Assembly: GCA_035507705.1 (NCBI GenBank)
Contig: DATJNV010000101.1
Span: 90,495-154,494, forward strand
Direction of reading: 5' to 3'
From: Acidobacteriaceae bacterium
GTDB lineage: Bacteria > Acidobacteriota > Terriglobia > Terriglobales > Acidobacteriaceae
DNA: 64,000 nt
A model generated the notes under the pieces. The model had not been told where the DNA came from and ran no database searches. It saw only the letters and a program-made list of their open reading frames with translations. A program made the translations under genes and the position numbers. This document shows, piece by piece, positions 1-7,700 of the stretch (positions are counted from its first letter, which is position 1; every line of letters starts with the position of its first letter).

Positions 1-235
1 AATCGCCAGCAGAAGGATAGCACCGATCGGAGCCTTCGGGAACGTCAACAACTGTTGCGATTTTTTGCTGATATGACATTTACACTGATACATATTGGGC
101 CTCGGTATAAGGAAGCAGGAGCCTGCAGCGGGCGGATGCCACTGTGCCGCTTGATTGTGATGCGGGATGCCGGGTTAGAAAGATGTCGAGACAGGAAACA
201 GTTTGCGTTTCAGAAAAAACTTTTCCATGAGAGAC

Positions 236-266
236 AAAAAGGGAGCGCTTGCGCGCTCCCTTTTTT
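236..266. terminator. Rho-independent-type hairpin just past the fdhA 3' end, usable in either direction
   Basis: GGGAGCGC (241-248), TTGC loop, GCGCTCCC (253-260) form a perfect 8-bp GC stem. It is flanked by A5 (236-240) and T6 (261-266) and lies about 20 nt beyond the fdhA stop. Confidence 0.7.
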
Positions 267-286
267 ACGAACGTGGGTACGGTATT

Positions 287-1486
287 CTAAGCTGCCTTCT
301 TCCCCACTATGCCATGCGGGTCAATGACGAACTTCTTGGCTGCGCCCTTATCGAAGTCCTGATAGCCTTTCGGAGCATCCTCGAGTGAGATGACCGTTGC
401 ATTTACAATCTTCGCGATGGGTAAGCGGTCATGCAGGATGGCCTGCATCAGCTGGCGGTTGTATTGCAGCACAGGCGCCTGTCCAGTGTGGAAATGCAGG
501 GACTTGGACCATCCTTTTCCAAATCGTATTTTGAGGACACCACGCTTGGAGTCCTCATTCGGAGCACCCGGGTCTTCCACCACATACAATCCCGGGATAC
601 CGACGCCTCCGGCGACAAACACGACCTCCATAATCTGATTAAGGACACTTGCCGGCGCGGGTTCATTTGCTGTCCCGTGCCCGCTAGCTTCGAATCCCAC
701 TGCATCAATAGCAGCATCGACTACCGGCTCTCCAACGATAGCCGCGATCTGGTCTGCGAGGTGTTCGCTCTTCGAGATATCAATGGTCTCGTAGCCCATC
801 TTTTTTGCATGTTTGAGGCGCTCCGGGTTGAGATCGCCGACGATCACCACCGCGGCACCGAGAATATAAGAAGAGGCTGCCGCAGCCATGCCGACGGGCC
901 CCGCACCAGCGACGTAGACGGTCGAGCCCACACCAACGCCTGCGCATTTCGCTCCATGAAACCCGGTAGGCAAGATGTCTGAAAGCATGGTGAGATCACG
1001 GATCTTTTCCATGGCTTGATCTTTGTCAGGAAACTTGAGCAGGTTGAAGTCGGCGAAGGGTACCAGAACGTAGTCGGCTTGGCCACCGATCCAACCGCCC
1101 ATGTCAACATAACCATAGGCGCCCCCGGGCTGTTGCTTATTCACGTTGAGACAGACACCGGTATTGCGCTCGCGACAGGCACGGCAACGACCACAGGCCA
1201 CGTTAAACGGAACGGAAACCAGGTCACCTACGTTGATAAACAGGACGTCCTTGCCCTTTTCGATGACCTCGCCGAGGATTTCATGTCCGAGGACTATTCC
1301 TTTGGGCGCACTCGTCCGCCCGCGCACCATGTGCTGGTCTGATCCGCAGATGTTGGTGGATATGACTTTGAGAATGACGCCGTGCTCGATTGGTTTGCCC
1401 TGGGGATCTTTGAACACGGGATAGTCGATGTTATGGACTTCGACCTTACCGGGACCTTCGTATATGACTCCACGATTCTTTGCCAT
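287..1486 (-). CDS. fdhA: Glutathione-independent formaldehyde dehydrogenase (Zn-dependent medium-chain dehydrogenase)
   Basis: The 399-aa ORF is near-colinear with my memory of Pseudomonas FdhA: STNICGSDQHMVRGRT, GHEILGEV, VACGRCRACRE, GAGPVG Rossmann motif, KFVIDPH C-terminus. Confidence 0.9.
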   Translation of the reverse strand: MAKNRGVIYEGPGKVEVHNIDYPVFKDPQGKPIEHGVILKVISTNICGSDQHMVRGRTSAPKGIVLGHEILGEVIEKGKDVLFINVGDLVSVPFNVACGRCRACRERNTGVCLNVNKQQPGGAYGYVDMGGWIGGQADYVLVPFADFNLLKFPDKDQAMEKIRDLTMLSDILPTGFHGAKCAGVGVGSTVYVAGAGPVGMAAAASSYILGAAVVIVGDLNPERLKHAKKMGYETIDISKSEHLADQIAAIVGEPVVDAAIDAVGFEASGHGTANEPAPASVLNQIMEVVFVAGGVGIPGLYVVEDPGAPNEDSKRGVLKIRFGKGWSKSLHFHTGQAPVLQYNRQLMQAILHDRLPIAKIVNATVISLEDAPKGYQDFDKGAAKKFVIDPHGIVGKKAA

Positions 1487-1630
1487 GCTGCTTCTCCAAT
1501 CCGATCATGACGATCCACTCCATTGGATGCGTTTGTCAAGCGCAGGCACCCATCGCGGGTGACCTTGCACTGTTCATGGGCAGGGAGTTTCGTTATTCTC
1601 CTCTTCGGATCTGAAGAATGTTGCCCTTCT

Positions 1631-3559
1631 CTACGTGTAGATACTGGTCCGGCGGTCCCTGGAATCGAGATCGACGGGATCTTTAGCGGCCAGCACTGCC
1701 GCCGTGAGCTTCGATGGCGGCGAAGTCGTGATCACCACGGGGGGATTGTGGAGGACATCGATCACACGATCGTACAGCCGGTTGCGTACCTTGATGCGCT
1801 CGGAAGCGCGAGTGACGTAGCGTATCAAGACATCCACTCCAGCGCCTGCAGGCCGCATGTTCACGGAGGAACTTGCGCTCATTTGGCTCAAGCCACTTTG
1901 ACGCGGGACGCGTTTCCACTCCTGTTCGGCGACTCGCGCATCCTCACGCGTCTCCTCAATGACCGATTTATGAATCAGAGCCACTTTGGCGTAGGTCTCG
2001 GGGGAAGACGGTAGGCTTACCGAAATCTCATCCCACATCCATTGACCGACAGTGGAGAAATTGAAGAACTGGCCGGTGACAGCAAAATTGTTGATGAAGG
2101 TTGCGCGGCGCCCGGTCGGATGGCCTTTCTCTCCCCAGGCGCTGTTTTCCAGAATCGTGGTGCGAAAAAGATTGATCTCGATCACTTCGCCTGCTACGCC
2201 ATTGATCTCTACCCAGTCACCGACACGGATGCCGTTATGGCCCATGAGGATGAACCAACCGAAGAAAGCGAGGATGAAGCTTTGCATAGCGACGGTAAGG
2301 CCGGCCGTTGCCAGACCTACGATCGTGGAGATCTGGTCGGGTACCCCGAAAACGACGAGCAGGACACACAGACCGCCGAGAAGCTGAACCCCGAGCCGCA
2401 GGATGGTATGCAAGGTTTGAATACGCCTGCGATCGAACGTAAGACCATTCAGGGCATGGCGTTCGAGCAGTTTCGTTCCCAACGCTTCCAGCAGGATGGC
2501 GCAAATGAGTATCAGCGCTACTGTCGCCAGCGAGCGAAGCGCCAGATGCGTTACGATGCGATGCTGCAGCAGTACCTGGTTAGCCCATTTGCCGTATACC
2601 GCTGCAAGCTGCTGCTGACTTTGGATGCGGTCATCCAGAATGGTCAGGAGCTGGCGCTGATCCCGCTTGATCTGCAGACTCGCGAGCGTGGCCGCGTCCG
2701 AACTGGATGTCGTTTTTGCGGAAGAAGCGGCGTCAGCCCGCGCTTCCAGGGCGTTGTGCTGTGCAATCAGGCTGGCCGCGTCCGCGCGGGCCTGCTGGAT
2801 CGCCTGCTGCAGCAGTTGATAACGGCTGCGCTGGCTAAACCAGGCTTCCACGCGGTGGGCCAGGGTGCCATACTTCCGGCTGGAAAGCACGGCCGTCTGG
2901 CTGTCACCACCGGTCTGTGCATTCAGCTTGGTGACCGCCGCTTCGTGTGCCGCCAGCTCCTGCTGAATCTTGGCTCGGATGTCGCCAGAGGCCCGGGCCA
3001 AGTCATGTTGAGCGTCATTCAACTCATCCTGGTCAAGGTCGAGCTGGGCCTGAGCGACCTTCAGATCGTCATTGCCGGGGGCGCCCGCCGCGGGAGTCAG
3101 GCTGCGCACTCGAGCCTGATCCTCCTGAGCGATCTGCTGGAGTTGCGCCACTTTTCGCGAAAGCTCCAGCGCTTCCCCTGTAGGCACAGGACGCTGTGAA
3201 TTGGCCTCACGCAACGCTCCAGCAAAAGCCTGATTTACCTCGTGGTCGGCCAGGCGTTCGGCCTCATGCGCATATTCCAGCTCTTCGCTGCTGACGGCAA
3301 GAGGCGCAAGAGCCTGGGCGACTTGCCAGGGGTGCAGGTCGACGATGCCGGGCTGGCCCGAGGCCATCCCGCCCGGCTGCTGGTTCTGAGCCCTCAGGAA
3401 TGACAAATGGGCCATCGCGTCCCGGGTGATCCAGGCGGAAGCCAGACAAATCGCCAGCAAAGCAAAAAGCACGACAAGAGAAACGAACCTGCCCCTGCCA
3501 AGCATGCGCTGCAATGCTGTGTATTGCTGCGTTCGTTGAGCGGCCAGAGGGTTTGGCAT
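1631..3559 (-). CDS. Mechanosensitive ion channel (MscS family) with a long N-terminal coiled-coil/periplasmic region
   Basis: The 642-aa ORF has an N-terminal TM segment, a Q/A/L-rich helical region, several C-terminal TM helices, and the MscS beta-domain signature GIRVGDWVEINGVAGEVIEINLFRTTILE. Confidence 0.85.
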   Translation of the reverse strand: MPNPLAAQRTQQYTALQRMLGRGRFVSLVVLFALLAICLASAWITRDAMAHLSFLRAQNQQPGGMASGQPGIVDLHPWQVAQALAPLAVSSEELEYAHEAERLADHEVNQAFAGALREANSQRPVPTGEALELSRKVAQLQQIAQEDQARVRSLTPAAGAPGNDDLKVAQAQLDLDQDELNDAQHDLARASGDIRAKIQQELAAHEAAVTKLNAQTGGDSQTAVLSSRKYGTLAHRVEAWFSQRSRYQLLQQAIQQARADAASLIAQHNALEARADAASSAKTTSSSDAATLASLQIKRDQRQLLTILDDRIQSQQQLAAVYGKWANQVLLQHRIVTHLALRSLATVALILICAILLEALGTKLLERHALNGLTFDRRRIQTLHTILRLGVQLLGGLCVLLVVFGVPDQISTIVGLATAGLTVAMQSFILAFFGWFILMGHNGIRVGDWVEINGVAGEVIEINLFRTTILENSAWGEKGHPTGRRATFINNFAVTGQFFNFSTVGQWMWDEISVSLPSSPETYAKVALIHKSVIEETREDARVAEQEWKRVPRQSGLSQMSASSSVNMRPAGAGVDVLIRYVTRASERIKVRNRLYDRVIDVLHNPPVVITTSPPSKLTAAVLAAKDPVDLDSRDRRTSIYT

Positions 3560-3718
3560 GGCTCATTCTGGCAGTTACGGGCGGTGCAGAATAGACCTCG
3601 CTAGTTGTATCTTCTGGGAACTGGTCCGGCAACAAAGGGTAGCTTTTGCGCTTGACTTGGCTGACCAACTAACATTCGCGGCCTGCGCAGCTTGTCTCGT
3701 CATCGGCGCGAGAATATC

Positions 3719-4663
3719 ATGGGGCGCGCAGGAAACGACGACCGCAACAGGAGAACTCCGCTGCAAAAATTGAAAGTCGAACAGCCGATCTGCATCGCCG
3801 CAACAGGAGATTTTTGCGGCGAAGGGATAGTGTGGGACCAGGAAACCCAATACATCTACTGGACCGATATCAACCGATTTCTGGTGCACCGCTACGGGTT
3901 GAAGGATAAGGCAGTGCGGACGTGGTTCTTTTCCGAACCCGTAACGGGAGTATTGCTCACCAGCCGCAGAGATACTCTCGCATTGTCTATGGGTTCAGGC
4001 ATTTCACTTTGGAAGCCGGACAGCGATGCTGAACCCAAGCAATTGTTCGCCCTTCCCGGCTGGCCCGCCGTACGCTGTAACGACGCGGGAGTGGATCCGG
4101 GCGGGGCACTGTGGGTCGGATCAATGCGAAACAACGTAGGCAAGACCGGAAATCCCACTGCCGAGGGTGGCACGGATGGAGTGTTGTATCGCGTCGACGG
4201 AACGGGAAAATCCTCAGAGTGGCGGCGCGACCTGGGCATTTCCAACACCCTGGTTTGGAGCCCGGACAAATCAAGATTCTATTTCGGCGACACTTTGCAG
4301 AATTGCATCTGGTCGTATGAGTACAGCCTGTCAGACAGAAGCATCAGTGGCGAGCAAACATTTTTCCAGGGCTTTGAGCGGGGCCACCCCGATGGCTCGG
4401 CAATCGACACGGAGGGATACGTCTGGAATTGCCGCTATGCAGGAGGCTGTATCGTGCGTGTGGCTCCTGACGGCAAGGTCGATCGCGTAATCGAGATGCC
4501 CGTGAGCAGACCGACCAATTGCACCTTTGGAGGCGAGCAGGGCAACATCCTGTACGTAACCTCAGCCTCGCCCGAAGCCGGCCATTGGGAGCGGTTTGGC
4601 GGCTGTCTCTTCGCCCTCGAAACCAATGTGAGCGGAGTGACCGAGAATAGATTTCAATTGTAG
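3719..4663 (+). CDS. SMP-30/gluconolactonase/LRE-family protein
   Basis: Contains GEGIVWDQETQYIYWTDI, repeated beta-propeller strands and PDGSAIDTEGYVWN. The track ORF opens at a TTG at 3692; the ATG at 3719 is the more likely start. Confidence 0.8.
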   Translation: MGRAGNDDRNRRTPLQKLKVEQPICIAATGDFCGEGIVWDQETQYIYWTDINRFLVHRYGLKDKAVRTWFFSEPVTGVLLTSRRDTLALSMGSGISLWKPDSDAEPKQLFALPGWPAVRCNDAGVDPGGALWVGSMRNNVGKTGNPTAEGGTDGVLYRVDGTGKSSEWRRDLGISNTLVWSPDKSRFYFGDTLQNCIWSYEYSLSDRSISGEQTFFQGFERGHPDGSAIDTEGYVWNCRYAGGCIVRVAPDGKVDRVIEMPVSRPTNCTFGGEQGNILYVTSASPEAGHWERFGGCLFALETNVSGVTENRFQL

Positions 4664-4688
4664 TTACTTAAATCACGAAGCAGAAATG

Positions 4689-4729
4689 CCGAGAGCCGTG
4701 CTCATCCAGAGCACGGCTCTCGGTTTGTT
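4689..4729. terminator. Bidirectional hairpin terminator between convergent genes
   Basis: CCGAGAGCCGTGCTC (4689-4703), 5-nt loop, GAGCACGGCTCTCGG (4709-4723) form a perfect 15-bp stem followed by TTTGTT. It sits between the gluconolactonase-like stop (4663) and the giant protein stop (4741). Confidence 0.8.
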
Positions 4730-4740
4730 GGCTGGTTAGT

Positions 4741-7700
4741 TTAGTGGCTGAGGTTGATCGTTACTCCAGTCAGCGAGAATGCGTTGCTACCAATGGTCAG
4801 CGTGTCAGTTGCTGCCCCGCTTGCATTCGAGTACGAGAGGGTGATGGTGCAAGTGCCACCCGGAGCGACCGCGCCGGTGCACCCGTTGTTGGTTATGGAG
4901 TAGGCGCTCGACGCCCCATTACCCAGCTTAAGGGACGTGATGCTCAAGCTGAGATTGCCGGTATTGGTGATCGTCGTGCTGAGCGATGAGTTCAGGCTGG
5001 GGAACTTGAGGGCTCCCGTATTCACCAGCAGCTTGTTGACAGTTCCGTTGAGGTCGCTCACGTAGACGTTGCCGGAACCATCCAGGGTTACGCCTGTCGG
5101 GTTGACAAGGCCAGTCAGCGGCAGTTGCGTAGTGGGGTTGCTCGCGGAGTGCGCTGCCGGCACCATGAGGACGCGGGCGCCGCTATCAGTGACGAACATA
5201 TCACCGTTGGGGTCGAACGCGAAACCTGCAGGCGAGTTCAGCGCGCATGAGGTCACAGTGGCAGGGTTGCAGGGCGCAATCGGGTAGTTCGCGGAACCTG
5301 TACCGGCGAGACTGATCACCAGGATCTGATTGTTGTTTCCGTCGCCAACATAAAGGTTCTGGCCGCCATTGTCGACAGCAAGAGCCTGCGGGAAGCTCAC
5401 GCTGTTAGAGCCCAGGTTTAGCAGGCTGGGTGTATACGTCGTGTCATAGGTTTCGCCGGGTATCTCGATAATGCGCGGGCTGGAGCCGGCATCGGCGATG
5501 TAAATGTTCCCGGCAAGGTCTACTCTGGCGCCCGTTGGATATCCAAGCGTGAATGTTCCCGTGCCTATCGTGCTTTCTGCGAGAGCCGGACTGAAGCTAA
5601 ATACCTTGGCCGCATTAACGTCTGCGACCACAAGGTTGCCGAACGCGTCGAAGACTACGTCGCTGGGATAAACCAGGTTGGTGGTGTTGGCAGGGTTCCA
5701 CTGGGTCAGCGAGCCGCCCGTTGAGGCAAGGGTGTCAAGCTGCCCAGCATTGCTGTTGGCCACGTAGAGCGTAGAGTTGGTGAGATCGTTTGACTTAAAG
5801 GTCAAGCTCTGCGGCTGGTTCAGGGCGGAATTCAGTACCTGTTGCGTGGCACTGCTCAGCGAGATCTGAGCCGCACTGCCCAATCCGGAAAGGAACAGGT
5901 AGAGCTTCGGTTCCGCCGGCCCAGAGGAAGGCGTGAAGTCGACCTCAACCACGCCCTTGCGGATCCCCGGCAAGCCTGGTTTGAAGGCAACGCTCAGTGT
6001 GCAGATCGTCCCGGCTATTTCCGTCAGTCCAGATTGGCAAGCGGGTAGCTCGGGACTGCTGATATTGGTGAAGTCGGAGGCACCTCCGCCTGCGGGAGTG
6101 AAATTGAACGTAGCGGCTCCGTCCACCACGTATGCGTAAGGTATTTCGATGGTCGAGCTCCCTCCGCCAACGGTCGCGGGATTGGCCGGGATCCACGGGT
6201 TACGTAGCGGGATGACGGCCGGACTGTTAAACGGAATGTAGTTCGTGTCTCCCAGGTAATTCAACGTTACGTTGTTGTTGCCGGGATAGAAGTAGATACT
6301 GTTCACCTGCAGGCTCGCAGTTGAGCTCGCACCCGACCCAGGCGTGAGCGTGCCCGTACCAACGGTCTGGCCATTATAGACAACAGTCACCGTTCCAGTT
6401 GGAGCAGCAGTGGATCCGGTCACTGTGATCAGATAGGGCGTCGGCTGGCTAAAGAAACAGCAGTCGCCGTTTCCGAATATAGGAGTACCGGTGATTCCAG
6501 TCGACCCAACCGAACCCACCACGATCTGTACGGTTGCCGTCACGCTGTTGAAGTCCACCGTGTCGGTAGGTGTAAAGACCACCTGGAGTGTATGCGTGCC
6601 TGCAGAGAGAGTTTGACCGAAAGCGTTTGCGCTACTCGGTGGAACCGTGTAGGCATACGTTCCCGGGAGAGACGCGCCATTGAAAGTTGCGGTGGCATCA
6701 AGCTGCGTGCTGCTCAATGGGGTTGTGGTCGAGATGGCTGCCGGGGTTGGCCAATTAATGATTGGCGTTGCCTTGACTACGGTAATTGTCGTGCTGCCTG
6801 TTGCGCCGGTGTAGCCGGCGGTGTTATCGGGCGTGAAGACTACGTTCAACGTATAAGTCCCAACAGGGAGTACAGTTCCTGATGGTGGAGTGTAGACGTA
6901 GGTCCCGGGCACGACCACCTGGGTGTTGTTGCCAAACCCAAGCGCCATGATGACGACATTGCGAGTATTGGGGAGCGTGACGCTGACCAACGTTTTGTTG
7001 GGATTGGCGGTAAGTTGGTACCCGTAGAGATCATAGGTGCCATTGGTACGCCCGCCACCCTGGTTGTTTGAGTAAGTGGTCTTAGCCACGACGGTTTCGT
7101 CCGAATAGCCCGCTGGCGAAGCCCATGAGCTCATGTTGAGGGTCTCGGACACCTTGGTTCCATCAGAATAGGTCAGAAGGAAGGGTTGATTGGTCTGGCC
7201 TGTGGTCGTAGCCGCTCCAAGCAGGTAAACGGTAGCATAGCTACCCGGGGCTCCCAAAGTGTAGACTGCTCCGCTCGTAATAGCATTCGGGACAGTGGGC
7301 GGCCCAAGGGTAAAGGTTGTTCCCGCAAAGCTTACTGAGCCATTACCAAGCTGATTATAGGAGTAGGCGTTGCCGGCATTGTCGAAGCCAGGTTGGTTAA
7401 ATGGTGTGCCGTCGGTTGAGGTTGAGATCACCTGCAACTGGCTGGTGGGTATCACGGGTGTAGGTCTTGCGGCGCCCATAGCTACAGCGTCAAGTTGCGT
7501 GGAACTCAGCGGCGTGCCGTAGGTGATGTTTGCCGGCGTCGGCCAAGAGATCGTGGGCGTGACAGTTGGGGTGGGCGGGTTCTGGACCACCAACTGCACT
7601 GTGGCGGTAGCGTTCTGGTAGTCGGTTGTGTCAGTCGGAGTGAAGGTTACCGAAAGCGTATCTGTTCCTACCGGTTCAACCGTGCCTGCCGGCGGAGTGT

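Noticed and set aside
1-79. A possible 5' end of a minus-strand CDS (ATG at 79-77: MSYQQKIATVVDVPEGSDRCYPSAGD...) leaving the window.
   Set aside because: Only 26 codons are visible, with no motif and no clear SD. This is too little evidence to call a gene.
55-327. A plus-strand 90-aa ORF at the window start, open from nt 1 in the same frame.
   Set aside because: It runs straight through a strong hairpin terminator (236-266) and into the fdhA 3' end. Its sequence is not protein-like.
2042-3199. A 385-aa plus-strand ORF antisense to the MscS-family gene. Similar shadow ORFs occur at 25491-26399, 28429-29199, 37089-38087, 18699-19346, 13173-13877, 21427-21960, 54486-55352 and 56643-57416.
   Set aside because: Each is fully contained within, and antisense or out of frame to, a CDS with strong family motifs. 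The sequences are Arg/Gly/Pro/Ala-rich with no recognisable domains.
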